From Ginglymostoma cirratum (lineage: Eukaryota), in the NCBI GenBank assembly GCA_024137785.1, contig JAHRHZ010000025.1:19039996-19103995 (forward strand): a stretch of DNA of 64,000 nucleotides, in the 5' to 3' direction. The notes under the pieces were generated by a model that did not search any database, was not told the DNA's origin, and worked only from the letters and a program-made list of their open reading frames with translations. Below are positions 40,166 through 53,014 of this stretch, piece by piece (the first letter of the stretch is position 1; every line of letters starts with the position of its first letter). Made by a program: the position numbers and the translations under genes.

Positions 40166-40961
40166 AGAATTAATTTTATTAAAAATGGAGAATGTAGTGT
40201 TATAGCAGTTGAAGCTAAGGTCACAGCTGTAACTACAGGCAATGAATTTTCCCAGTGACTGACTGAGAATGGAGACAAAGCACTCAACTTGTTCCAGGAC
40301 TGAATCTCTTGAAATCCTGTTGCAAATTTAGAAGCTTGTTGTTGGATTCCTTGCTAATTTGTTCATTGACCTAAACAGTTATGAAACTGCCTGATTTGTT
40401 TTTTTTTAAACTTCCTTTTACTTCAGCAATTGAAGATCCTTAACTGTCCATTTGTTGGATTTAGTGTCTTATGATCTGTTTTCATGAGCCAGGAATGTTG
40501 AGTTTACAGTGGGACTGTGGCAGCTGGGTATGCTATCTATTATTCTAAGAAACATTAGAGCCTCTCTCACTGCAAGCCAAAATGGCTGAATTCTGTATTA
40601 GTGCTGTTTTCATGCTGACAAATCTTGACTTTGGGATTCTTGTATTTTTAAGTGGAAATTCTGGGGAATGGAGGTTTACAAATTGTCTGCCTCTTTCAAA
40701 TTCTGATCTTCTTCCTAATGCTCTCCTGGAGGCCAGTAGAGACACTTTTTTTGTTTTTCCCCATGTATAACCAATTGATGGCTCAATGCTATGGGATGTT
40801 AGAGGACAGACAGTACAGTTTGTGTTGTTTTTAAACTTGTTCTTTTTGGAAATGTGTGCAACACTGGAAAGGAAGGCTTTGGTGACCACATTATATAACT
40901 GGAGGCTTGTGTACGAATGGCAATTTCACTTCCCTAAAGCACGTTAATGAATCAGTGACAA

Positions 40962-41240
40962 TCTTCCCTACCTACACTCACCTTTACTGGCTCCATCCCC
41001 GCCTCTTCGACTTGTCTGCCTCCTCTCCACCTATCCTCTCCTCTATCCATCCTCTATCCGCCTCCCCCTCTCTCCCTATTTATTTCAGAACCCTCTTCCC
41101 CTCCCCCATTTCTGATGAAGGGTTTAGGCCCGAAACGTCAAGTTTTCCTGCTCCTATGATGCTGCTTGACCTGCTGTGTTCATCCAGCCCCATGCTTGTT
41201 ATCTCTGATTCTCCAGCATCTGCAGTACCTTTTATCTCTG
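40962..41240 (+). mobile_element. Young PLE family-A 3' end (pyrimidine-rich leader, pLTR, tail)
   Basis: 41113-41238 is nearly identical to the reverse complement of 42699-42821. Confidence 0.9.
41108..41143 (+). ncRNA. Minimal type-I hammerhead ribozyme motif (PLE-type)
   Basis: attt-CTGATGA(41112-18)-a-GGG-tttagg-CCC-GAAA-cg-TC-aagt. Stem I attt/aagt with one G-U pair; palindromic ACGT at stem III; predicted cut after C41139. Confidence 0.8.
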
Positions 41241-41379
41241 AACATGTTTCATGCTTTTTTTTTTCTAATCGACTAGCTCCAAAATACTTTGACATTTAAA
41301 CAGACCCCTGAGATTAAATGGATTGACAGCAAGGAAGAGTTGCAGTCACACTCCAAACAACTGGACATCTCAAAACACT

Positions 41380-41740
41380 TGGCAGTTAATGGTAGCCAAT
41401 TTGTAAGCAACCTGCTGCCACAAGTGGCAGATGATTGTGTGTGTGTGTGTGCGCGTGCGCGCGGTTGGTTTTGTTTCCATGATAGTGATTGTGGAATAAA
41501 TATTATCCAAGGTGTCAGGATAATACCATTGCTCTTCTAAATTGTGCTACGGGACCTTTTATATCAAACAGAGAGCAGATGGGGCCTTGTCTTAACATCT
41601 CATCTAAAAGCCAATATCTGTATCGTTGCAGCACCTTCCACGATGTTGATGCATTAGCTGTAATTTTATGTTCTCTGATCCTGGAATGGGATATGTACCC
41701 ACAAGCTTCTGACCCTCCAGCAAAGGCATTGACTAAAACA
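41380..41740 (-). mobile_element. Deu-type SINE containing a (TG)n/(CG)n tract
   Basis: Similar to 2640-2990. Confidence 0.55.
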
Positions 41741-42821
41741 GGAGGCTGTTTTGGCATTATGCTTGGATTGCAAAAGAACTGGACTTTGGGTTGCTTAGTC
41801 TGTTTTAGCCTTTTGCTTTCTTGCATTCCTATACTTGAAATTTAAATTTTATTTTACTAATCAGCAGATATAATTGAAATGAAGGCATGGCAGTAATAAA
41901 ACAACAAAAGGAGTCCAGTTTAATGTGGATGGCAGAGGAGGCTTTTAAAAATGTGATTTCTGGTATCCTGCTGTGTAGGGAGAATGGCTGGCTGCCTCGA
42001 GCAGATCGTGTGAATGATGACCTTTTTAAGGTAGTTTCAATGAACTAGGAAACTCCAGTTTGGTTGCACAGTTTATAGTTAACAGTCCCTTATCAGGACC
42101 CAAATGCCCTGACTTCTAATTTCTCTCACTATAAAAGAAATGCATATTGTGAAAGTCTGAGTTGTATTTTGAAGTAAGCAGCATGATGGTTGTGCAAGAA
42201 GGAATTTTTTATCTTGGGGACTAATTTTCTTTGGTGACCCACCGCCCCCCCCCCCCCCCAAGGGTGATGGCAAACTGCCTGAGTGCATGGGATGGAACGT
42301 CACATGGGATGACTTCATGAAACAAACTTGACAGCTTTTTCTTATCTTGTAGCCAAATCTAGTTAATGCCTTTTTTTTTGAAGAGTGAACAAAAGTGGGA
42401 ATCTGATCTGACTTATTCCTGGCGGTTGCCAAAAACACTTTGCTGTCTAATCCAATCCAATTCACTTTGAATTAATCAAGATGGGATTTGCCCGTGACGG
42501 TCAATATTTGGCCAGCAAGTGGTGATTTTTAATTGAGACTCCAATAATTATCCTGAAGAGAGAATTTCTAGATTTTATTAAATTGTTAGTGGGATACTAC
42601 TTGAGAAATTTAACTGCAATTTATATTACTTTGGTTGTTTAATGGTAAATTCAGAAATTGGCATGTTTCCATCAGATTTACATGAGCACTTCTATATAAG
42701 AGATAAAAGGTACTGCAGATGCTGGAGAATCCGAGATAACAAGCATGGGGCTGGATGAACACAGCAGGTCAAGCAGCATCATAGGAGCAGGAAAACTTGA
42801 CGTTTCGGGCCGAAACCCTTC

Positions 42822-43221
42822 NNNNNNNNNNNNNNNNNNNNNNNNNNNNNNNNNNNNNNNNNNNNNNNNNNNNNNNNNNNNNNNNNNNNNNNNNNNNNNN
42901 NNNNNNNNNNNNNNNNNNNNNNNNNNNNNNNNNNNNNNNNNNNNNNNNNNNNNNNNNNNNNNNNNNNNNNNNNNNNNNNNNNNNNNNNNNNNNNNNNNNN
43001 NNNNNNNNNNNNNNNNNNNNNNNNNNNNNNNNNNNNNNNNNNNNNNNNNNNNNNNNNNNNNNNNNNNNNNNNNNNNNNNNNNNNNNNNNNNNNNNNNNNN
43101 NNNNNNNNNNNNNNNNNNNNNNNNNNNNNNNNNNNNNNNNNNNNNNNNNNNNNNNNNNNNNNNNNNNNNNNNNNNNNNNNNNNNNNNNNNNNNNNNNNNN
43201 NNNNNNNNNNNNNNNNNNNNN
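42822..43221. other. Assembly gap, 400 N
   Basis: Run of N. Confidence 1.
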
Positions 43222-43228
43222 CTTCATC

Positions 43229-43264
43229 ATTTCTGATGAAGGGTTTCGGCCCGAAACGTCAAGT
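43229..43264 (+). ncRNA. Minimal type-I hammerhead ribozyme motif (PLE-type)
   Basis: attt-CTGATGA(43233-39)-a-GGG-tttcgg-CCC-GAAA-cg-TC-aagt; predicted cut after C43260. Confidence 0.8.
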
Positions 43265-43928
43265 TTTCCTGCTCCTATGATGCTGCTTGACCTGCTGTGT
43301 TCATCCAGCCCCATGCTTGTTATCTCAGCACTTCTATATACTTGACTGCCATTGTTTCTTTGTTCATGCATTTTTGCTTTTATGCAGGCAAATTCATTTG
43401 TGTTCCTAAAGGCTGCAACAGTGTTGACCACTTGTGAATGGTGGTTATGTGATATTGGTAGTATTGCTATGTAGTGATGGAAAGGTTTGCCACGTTCATT
43501 GTTGAATGCATCTATCATGATTAGAGTGCATGACTCTGTCGTTGTAACACTGTGCTTTTCCACAGCTGAAGGAGTATCGCCTTGTTCATGGTCATGGAGG
43601 GCAATGAGAGCCAAGAATTTTCCCTGCAGCTCTGAGTCACTCCTGGCCACTTGTAATAATGTGGTCTTGGGTGGGGAGGAATAGAGATTTTGCCTTTTGA
43701 TTATCCAGTGGACTTTTTTTCCAAGATACTTTTTTATTTTGTTTTCTCAAGCTTTCCCCCCACTCATATGTACTCTTCCTTAATGGAAGGAATTGCCCGC
43801 AGCTCAACACCATCCAGATTTGGCATCGCATCTTCTAATTTAAACATGGACTCCTTCCACTGGTATACTGTGCCCATCTACAAGATGCACTGCAGAAACT
43901 CTGAAAGGTTTCTTCAACAGCCCCTCCT

Positions 43929-43932
<4 letters not shown>

Positions 43933-43962
<30 letters not shown>
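43933..43962. repeat. (GT)n microsatellite
   Basis: About 15 GT units. Confidence 0.97.
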
Positions 43963-43965
<3 letters not shown>

Positions 43966-44834
43966 GTGTAATGGTAAATTCTTGTCATGTATATGATTGT
44001 ATGTACATATAATGGGTGCACTTTCTTAAAGGCATGTAACAATGTTACCCACAAAGGTGGGAAACAAACTCCCTTCGAAGTGCTTGTGAAATCATTGTTG
44101 GCGTAGGTAGTTGGGCTCCAATTTTAATTCCCATGATCGGGTAGTGCGTTGTCTTCAATGCATTATCCATTGACACAACAATAAGGCTGGGACTATCTTA
44201 ACTGCAGGACTTTTTTTTTAACTAAAGTCTTGTTGGTCTGTTCCTCTTGCTGCATGATGAAATGTGAAAAGAAACCTGACTCTCTTCTCATCATGATTCC
44301 TTCATAAATTGTTCAGCCTCACACAACCCACAGTGACTTCTCTGTTCATGCCAAATTTCAAATTTGAGTTTGGCCTTGAGTATATTAACCAGTGGATTTT
44401 TTTCAAGACTATTTTTTGTTTTCTCAAACTTTTTCCAAAGGAAAACACTGCATTCTTCAGATAGGTACCTTTTTCTTGGTCAGGAGGGCAGATTAAAATT
44501 GATATGGATACTAAAAGGGTGAGAAAAGGTTGAATAAATTGTCTGGCAGCACATGAATGACTCTGCTTTCTTTTTATCTTCTGCTCAGGTGGTGTTGGAT
44601 TATATATCCTTCAACCAGCAAATGAATAATATTTTCCAGTAATAGAAGTGTAACATTGCAGTTGTTAGCTTTATGTTGGGGCATTATAGATTAGTGGTGC
44701 CAAATGAAGTGCCACGTAGATAGCAGGTATACATGTACTTTTTATTGCTGTGTTCAGGCTTTAGGTAGCTGCAATGGTTTGTGTACTATTCGCCTCATTG
44801 TACCTATTTTAATTTGAATTTAACAATTAATTTT

Positions 44835-45990
44835 TTTTTTTGCTATTCTTTCATGGGATATGGATGTCACTGGCAAGGTTGAAGTTTGTTAATCCCTAAT
44901 CGCCTTTGAGAACATAATGGTGAGCCATTGGTTCAAGGCAATGTAATTCATCTGGTACAAGTTAACCTACAGCGCTGTTAGGAGGAGTTCCAGTACTTTG
45001 ACCCAATGATGGACAAAGAACAGTGACTACAGTTCAAAGTCAAGATGCCTCAGAGGGTAACTTTGCCCTTTACCTAGTGCCCCGTGACCTTAACCACCTA
45101 GAAGTGTTTGGAAGTTGCTGTCAAAGGAGGGTTCATGAGCTGCTGCAGTGCATCTTGTAGCCATCAGTGTAGCCTGTTGCCACTGAGCTGGTGGTGGATG
45201 GAGTGAATCTTTGTAATAAAACAAAGAACCGTGGATGCTGGAAATCTGAAACAAAAATAAATTGCTGGAGAAACTCAGCATGTCTAGCAACACCTGCGGT
45301 GAGAAAGCAGTTTTGATAAAGGGTCACTAGACCTGAAAATCTGACTGATTCTGTTTTCTCTTAACAGATGCTACCAGACCGACTGAGTTTCTCCAGCAGT
45401 TTCTGTTTTTGACTGAATCTTTACATTGAAGGATGGGGTATTGATTAAGTGTGCTATATTGACGTGGGTGATATTTTATACTGAGGCTTCAGTATTGGAG
45501 CCACACCCATCCAAGCAACTTGACAGTCTTCCATCACCTTCCTGGCTTGGATTTAGATGATGGACAGGTTAGGTGGGGAGTTACACAGCACAGAATTCCT
45601 AGCCTCTGACCTGCTCTTACAGCCACAAATTTGATAAGGCTAGCCCGGTTCAGGTTTTAGTCCGTGGCAACTAATAGAATGTTGATGGTGTTTCAGCAAT
45701 GACAATGCCATTGAATGTCAAGGGGATGTGATTAGATCCTGCCTTGTTGGCGATGGTCCTTGTCTGGAAGCTGTTTGGCACAAATTATGTTTCCACTTAT
45801 GGGTCTAGACCCAAATGTTATCCAGGTTTTACATGGACTCTGGCTTCAATAACTGAGGAATCCCTGGTTCTGAGCTAGGAGGCCTGAGTTCAAGTCCAAG
45901 CTACTCCAGTGGTGGGCAGTAACACTGCTAAACAAGTTGATTGGAAAATATCTCAGGCATTGCACTGGCGCTGAACATGATGCAATCATC
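44835..45990 (-). mobile_element. Degenerate non-LTR retrotransposon (same family as 39560) with nested PLE and SINE
   Basis: gctgctgcagtgcatcttgtag is the reverse complement of ctacaagatgcacagcag at ~39845. Confidence 0.7.
45216..45410. mobile_element. Fold-back PLE family-B mini-element
   Basis: Inverted arms (tgctggagaaactcag / ctgagtttctccagca); degenerate TSD gagtgaatctttgta / gactgaatctttaca. Confidence 0.82.
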
Positions 45991-47106
45991 AGGCCTTACC
46001 ATAGTAAGGATGACCAATTTCCTCCTCTAAAAATGAACAAGTCACTAACAACAATTTATGGCAGTTCCATGGCTCTAATACTGAGATTAGCTTTTAGTTC
46101 CAGGTTTTAATTTGTTGCTCCCGGGCTGGTGTTCTAGGATTCTGAATTATGAGCCCAACAAAAATAATAGCACGCCACTTTCACAAGTTTGTTTTCTGTC
46201 TTCCATTCTATTTTTATACTGAGGCATGTGATATTAGATATGTCTACATTGAAGCAATTTATTTTAACTTGTGCTTTTTATATAGAAAAAAAGCACAAAT
46301 GTACAGCCATCATATGGACAGTAAAACAGCTCAGGCTGTGATGAATGACTGCTGATATTCCCACTTTCTTTTGAAAATATAACTCTGGCTGTTTGGATTT
46401 TCATTTTTTTGTACCTGACAACCCTGGAAAGGTTAGTTCCTCGCTGGCCATGAGGCAATTGATCAGAATGACAGGACACTTGTGGAAGCCATTTTTCATA
46501 TCGAAGAGACAACAAGACAAACAGCAGGGAGCTCACAGCTGTCAGCACATTTGCTCATTTTGTGTCATTAACCATAACTCTACATTTGACAGTCTCCTGG
46601 CCATCTGTTGTAAGTTCCTGGCCCTTCTTGCATTACTTGCAACTTGTTTGAATAGATTGCACACCCATTTAGAAGTCTTTTGAAATTGAGATTCACTGCT
46701 TTGCTCCAATCTATATTTTCTCCAATTTCTCTTTTAACTTTTGTGAAGTTCTTCTCGTAGTCTGCAGACTTTTGAAGCCAATTTGGTATCTTTTACATCC
46801 TTTTCTTGTATCACTTGTTCTTATGTCACAACAGTGCTTGCGGTTCTAAATATTTCATTTTATTATGAAGACTTTTGGGACAAAGTCTTGATTGATGGAC
46901 AAATGTGCATTTAAGCAAATTTCTTCAATTATGTAGTTATTATGCACAAAGGGCTGGGAACTAATTCTTTGTGAATGTGCACCCAGGATGCCACGTTTAC
47001 TGCTGCATTACTGTTGGTTTCTGGGCAATAACATATCAATCCACCTGCTCCATGGAGAACTGAGAGAAGTACAATCAATGAAGCTCCTAAATTTTGAGTC
47101 TGCATT

Positions 47107-47225
47107 GAACAGTACAGTACAGGAACAGGCCTTTGGCCCTTGATGTTGTACCGAACATGACGCCAAATTAAACTAGCCCCTTCTGCCAGCCCTTGGTCCA
47201 TATCCCTCCGTTACTTGGATATTCA
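47107..47225 (-). mobile_element. CR1 3' terminal fragment
   Basis: gaacagtacagtacaggaacaggcctttggccc is a typical CR1 3' end read in reverse. Confidence 0.65.
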
Positions 47226-48486
47226 TTACTGAGAATAGACTGCATTTCAGCTTGTAATGTTTGTATGCCATCCTCGAATGAGTTTGAATAAAATCATTGG
47301 CACAGGCCTAGGAAAGTTATCACTTCATTAAAGGATTATTGTGTTGTAAAATATGGGGTAAAAACTTTTTTTTTTAGTACATAACCTCGAGCAACAGGAA
47401 TTTCCAACGCTACATGTGTAGCCTTAAGAAATAAGGTCAGAGATACATAAAAAGCAGTTTGTAGCAAATATTTATACAGTAATTATTTTTCATCAAATTA
47501 TTCAGATGTTATGACATACCTTTTGTGGCAGGTAGGACTTGAACTTGAATCGTCTGGCTACACTACCACCACATCACAAGAGTTCCTAAGGAGATATTTA
47601 TATGTTTATACATGCCTAATTTAATTTGAGCAGCAAAGGTGCAAGGATTTATTTTGTCTGGAGGTTTTGGTCAAGGAGCATCAGTCATGAAAATTCTTCC
47701 TTTTTATTTTTAGCAATGCCTTTGGAGACATGCCCTGATTATCTGTTGTTCGTTTAGCTACATTTCTTTTGGAACAGTTTTTTTTTAATGCCATGAATAA
47801 CATTCCGGAAGGATTAATTTGCTTTCAACAGGAAGTTACAGATTTTAATAAGATTTTATGAGATCTATCGGGAATTTAGCTTCTCATTAAACCTTACTCA
47901 TCTGCAGTTTTTTTTATAGCCTATGCCTATGACATACCAACTCATGCCTAGTGTTTCCAATGAAAGCTAAGGCAGGATCAAATCCTACTGAATGCAGTAA
48001 TGATCATGCATGACTGTGTGAACATGGCAGAGCTGAGAGGCTGTGACCTCCATCTACCTCTATCCAAGTGGTGCATTCTCCATGGCAACATCTCAACCAC
48101 CCAGAGGCTATTTGCCAACCAATCAAACTTCACGCCCCCCCCCATGCAAAATAAAAATGGTTACTTTCCTTTTACATTTGCTATCTTACAGATTATCCTG
48201 ATAAAGCTTTGTGTCTTACATCCAACAAAATGTCTCTTTCTTCTGCAATGCACAAATTGAAGTTTAAAAGAAAGCAATAAAAGGGCAAACAATGAATGCT
48301 TGAATTTTGAAATGGAACTGGGAAACACTTGAAATACTCAAAAACAGAGAGAAACAGAGTTAATGTTCTGTGTTAATGAAAGGACACAAACCTGAAACAT
48401 TTTAATCTTGTTTCTCTCTAAAATAAGTAGCTGAAATTTGACATAGGAATCCAAAATGTTGAATGTGATTTCTGAGGAAGGATTTA

Positions 48487-49265
48487 GTTCTGTGGATGCT
48501 GGAGATCTGAAATACAAACTAAGCCCTTGAGAAACCGTGCAGGTTTGGCAACCCCTCTGGACCGAGAAACTGAGTTAACGTTTCAAGTCCAAATGTGGCT
48601 TTTCTTCAGAATTGAAGGGGCTGGAAAAATGACTGCAGTTATGCAATGGAAAAGTGAGGTGGAAGAGGAAATGGAGCAATAAGTGCATAAACAAATGGCA
48701 ACATGAATGCAAATGGTAGAGGACAGGAATAAGTGAATATCTAAGTGTTAATATCTGATAATAGGTCTGCTTTACTGAGAGCAAACCTGTGTAAAGAAAT
48801 AGTGGAGAGGTAGGGACGGGGTGGGTTGTTGCAAAATGGTGGGCAGCACCCTGGTCTGCACTTGATGTTGAGGCCTGAAGACTGTGAAGCCCCTATGTGG
48901 AAATTTAAGTGCTGTTCCTCCAGCTTGCATTGGGCTTCACTGGAACTCTGCAGTAGGTGTAGGACAGAAATGTTAGCATAAGTTCAAAATGGTGTTAAAA
49001 TAACAGCAACTGGAAGGTTTGTGTCATTTCTGAAGAAAGAGCAGAGGTGGTACACAAAACAGCCCCACAATCTACGTTTGTTCTCACCAGTGTATAGCAA
49101 AGCATGCTCCTGGCATTGAGTGAAGTAGATCAGAATGGACAAAGTACAGGTGTATCACTGCTTTACCTGGAAGATGTCTTGGATGGTCCTTGGACGGTGA
49201 GGAGGAACCTTTTATCCATAACTGCTGCTGCCATACCTGCTGAGTTTCTCTGGCACTTTGCACCT
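48487..49265 (-). mobile_element. PLE family-B remnant: GIY-YIG C-terminus, then pLTR with hammerhead-like core
   Basis: EAQCKLEEQHLNFHIGASQSSGLNIK at ~48860-48940. Minus-strand CTGAAGA...GAAA-CG-TT-aact at 48573-48613. Partial inverted arm at ~49225-49260. Confidence 0.82.
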
Positions 49266-52200
49266 CTGAAATATTAACTTTACTGGACATCGCTGATAAA
49301 AAAAGATACCTCCTGTGCATTTCTGTTGTATTCTATTATGAATCAACGGACTTGGGAGGGGGTGTAAGTGACATTAAAATTATTTTTCCTGTAAGGATCA
49401 AAAATCTGTTTTTGGTTAAATACCGTGTTAAATATATATCTTGCAAACATCTCCCAGACTAAGTGTGCTGGCATTTACAAATGTTGGCATTTAGTTCGGT
49501 TTTACTAATCAGTGGGAACGAATGTCTGTGTACAGATGAACTTGATTAGGGTCTTGCAGTGCTGTGATTAGTGTCCCTAAGTCTGGGTCAAGTTGTACTT
49601 GGCCTGGAGATGTTTCATAATATGTCCAGTTGGCTTAATTACAAATATTATCTTTCTGAAAAATTAGTTTGGTTTGCTGCTTTTGACTGTCTTTCTAAAT
49701 CACTATCTCTGGATTACATAGCAGCACATGACTCGGGTCTTTTAACCCTCAAACTTAGTCTGTCCATTTAGCTTTCACAGGCCTTTTCCCTTAATGTTTC
49801 TCTTGAGCCCTGACGCACACTTCCACCTACCTTCTCACAGATGCCTGTACTACATGGTGGTTGATGGGTTTGTCATGTTCCTGGAGGCTTTCTCACATTA
49901 CCACCTGCCTCCTGCTTTTCCACCACCTCTCTGCTGCTGTTCACTGTTAACAGGCTCAAACTTGAGAGATACTGGCTACACTTTTACGAATATAGCGGGA
50001 ATAGACACTTCATCCCAATAGTTTGTTTGATTCATAACTGTCAGTCATGTGTTCTCTCTTCCTATGTCCTGTACTACTTGCAACAAATTTGTCAAAAAAA
50101 TAGTTTGCAGTAACTGGTGTGAGATTAATCTGTTTTTATTTAATTTTTGAGGGCTCTGGGATAATGCTTGGGAACATTACTAACCTTGGTTCAGTCAAGT
50201 CCTGAGAAATATGTAAATTAAGTCTTGACCTCTAGCACTGCTGGGCTACCACAGCATTGTTTTTGACAGACCCTCTTGTATCAAATGGTGATACAGCAGA
50301 ACCCCACCCTTCAGTGTTGGGGGTCATTGTTCTTCAAGTAGCCTGATTCCTTTGCACTTGCTGCTCATAGCTGTTGTGTTTCCCTGCCCGTTGTGCTGTT
50401 TTGCTTGCTGAGTTGCTTTATTTGTCTTGCTATTAGGCAAAATAGCCGCTTCCTTTAAAATACATGCTAACCACAAACTTTGCCTGTCTCCCTTGGAATA
50501 TTTGAGTGTCATTGATACCGGTGCATCCCTCTGTTTTTTGTGGAGGTTGGATCCTATTCTTTCAATGTGGCATTAGGGTTGACATCCTTCTGGGATTGCC
50601 CTAGAATCTCTAGGAATTGAAAATGCAAGAAGACCCACTGACCTCCTTGGGGGGTGGTGCGGGGAGAAAGTATAATAACCTTCCTTTGAAAATTTAATAA
50701 CAAAACAATTAGAGATGAGATGATAAGGCTAATAGCCAAATGTAAACTCGTGAGTTAATAAAAATGTTTGTTTATTAAGTGGCATGGAAAAGCGTATTGT
50801 GAAGATTGATGAATATTGGGCAACCGAGGTAGGGATGGAGCCAGAAAAGGTCAAGTGATGAAACCACCAGAGTTGACAACCAAAGGTAGCATGCAGGAAA
50901 ATGTCTGCATGTTCAGTTATGGTGTACCTTTTTATACCATCAGCCGTGTACTGAAACAGTCCTACCTAGGCATGTTTGAAAGAAAGTTTCTTCCGGAGCA
51001 CAGAATTCCCAGAGGAAGCTATCACGGAATTCTGTGCAGTTGTGCAGCCAGATGAAAATCACTTTCCATGTAGGAACTATTGTGTCAAAGGTAGTTCAAG
51101 TCATAGATGCGCTTAACTATTGGTATTTTGCTCCTTCTAAGCAATGAAAGGAGATATCTGCCAAATATATTAACATAATTCTAATTTTTGCTTTGAGGGT
51201 AGTATTTTAAATGTTATAATTGTATTCGGAAAATCTGTCTTAAAAATGTTTTGTGCGATCGTTTCATTTATATATTTATGATCCAAAATTTTTGGCAGTA
51301 TTCAGGAAAAAAAACCCAGCAGTTCTTAAATTGACCATACTTTCTATCCTCCTTCCATGATGGTCTTGACATGAATCTATGTAATTCCCTGATAGCCAAA
51401 GCTTAAAACTAAATACATTGTTTGACTTGTCCTCTTGTGGTCATCTTGTTTATATTGCTCAGAACACGTTGCCTTCCAGTGATCTGATTGATCTCCTGGG
51501 GAACCGTGCAATCTGTGATGCTGTAGTTACTCACGGATTTTCACTTTCTTTGGGTAGTGGCGATTGCTCTCAAATTTTGTCTCTTTCCAGCCCTACTGCT
51601 TTTAATGACATCTGTCAGAACTCCAGATTCCTCCTTTAACTGCTGGCCTTTCTCATCTCCTGCCCAAGAAAGAAACTCTTTGTTTATAATTAAAAATGCT
51701 GAATTCTCTGCTCCAATCATTTGACACAAACTTTTTAAAAAGAGGAATGCAGCCTGTCTGTGCTCTGATCCAAACTTGCCAGCTAATTCCTTCCAGCTGT
51801 GACCTTCTGCTCAATCCTTCCCTCCCACTAGCAACTCCAAGTGTTGAACTTCTGCTCTCACCACACTGACCTTGAATACTTTGGCTTTACTCCCTCCCAC
51901 TACTGCTCTGGGACTTGGAGCCTCAAATAGCTGAGGAGCAAGTTAACCTCCCAGGAGAGTAGAGCTGACTAAATCTCTTCTACTGAGCGATAATGTGTTT
52001 ACTTTTCATTACTGACCTTAAACTGCATGGAAGATCGATGTACCTTTTTGTGTTTCAGATTAATAGAGGTGTGGCTGAGACAGCAGTGTATCTGACCATA
52101 GGACCAAATCTGCCCGTTGTCAATGTCCTCATGGTTAAACTTGTCAATCCTTAATGGTTTTTGGAACCGAGCCAATGTGCACACCTATACCTCCAGCAGC

Positions 52201-52544
52201 TGCATAATTGAAAATCAAACTTTAATTAGACAACATTTTTCACCACCTCCAGTGTACCAATGCTTGCAATCAATAAGGTACTTGGCAAAAGTAGTCACTG
52301 TTGTAATGTAGGAAATGTGAGTTTCTGAATGATACGACTGCCTAGTACTTTTTAACGGTGAAATAATTGTGAATGCACTTTTATAATAAAATGAACAATA
52401 AAAATTGAACTGAATGCAGTATATAATAATGCTGATAATTGGTGCAATATGGGATTACTGAGCTAAAACCAGCTAGATATTTGCATTTAAGTACAGCCCA
52501 TTAATACCATTCATTGCTGTGTACACTCCACCTCTGTACATCTG

Positions 52545-52890
52545 TCAGAGTCATGGAGTCATACAGCACAGAAACAGATCTTTTGGTCCAAACAGTCCAT
52601 GCCAAACATAATCCCAAACTAATCTAGTTCCTCCTGGCTCATATCCCCCCGGCCCCAAACTTTTCCTAGTCATGTACTTATCCAAATGTCTCTTAAATGT
52701 TGCAATTGTACCAGCGTCCACCACTTCCCCAGGAAGTTCATTCTACATGCGAACCACCCTCTTGGTGGGGGCAGGAATGGCCTCTTTTGTCTGTCTTAAA
52801 TCTCTCTGCTTTCACCTTTTTAAAACTGTGCCCCCTAGTCTTCAAGTTTCCGTCATCCTAGGGAAAAGACAACTACCACTAACTCTACCT
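52545..52890 (-). mobile_element. CR1 3' fragment
   Basis: Tail agagtcatggagtcatacagcacagaaacag; reverse-complement similarity to 28490-28900. Confidence 0.85.
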
Positions 52891-53014
52891 TGACATTAAC
52901 ACCACAGCTCCCTTTATCACAAAAACAAAACATCACTAGTGGCACCATTTGCTACATTTCCAGCGTGTTCCTTGATCTAGAGTCTGTGCTTTAGCAGATC
53001 CAGGAAAGTCTCCT

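Larger units (their letters stand above)
42699..43326 (-). mobile_element. Young fold-back PLE family-A element: 34-nt tail plus perfect inverted arms
   Basis: 14-bp TSD agcacttctatata at 42685-42698 and 43327-43340. 42733-42821 is the exact reverse complement of 43238-43326. Confidence 0.93.
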
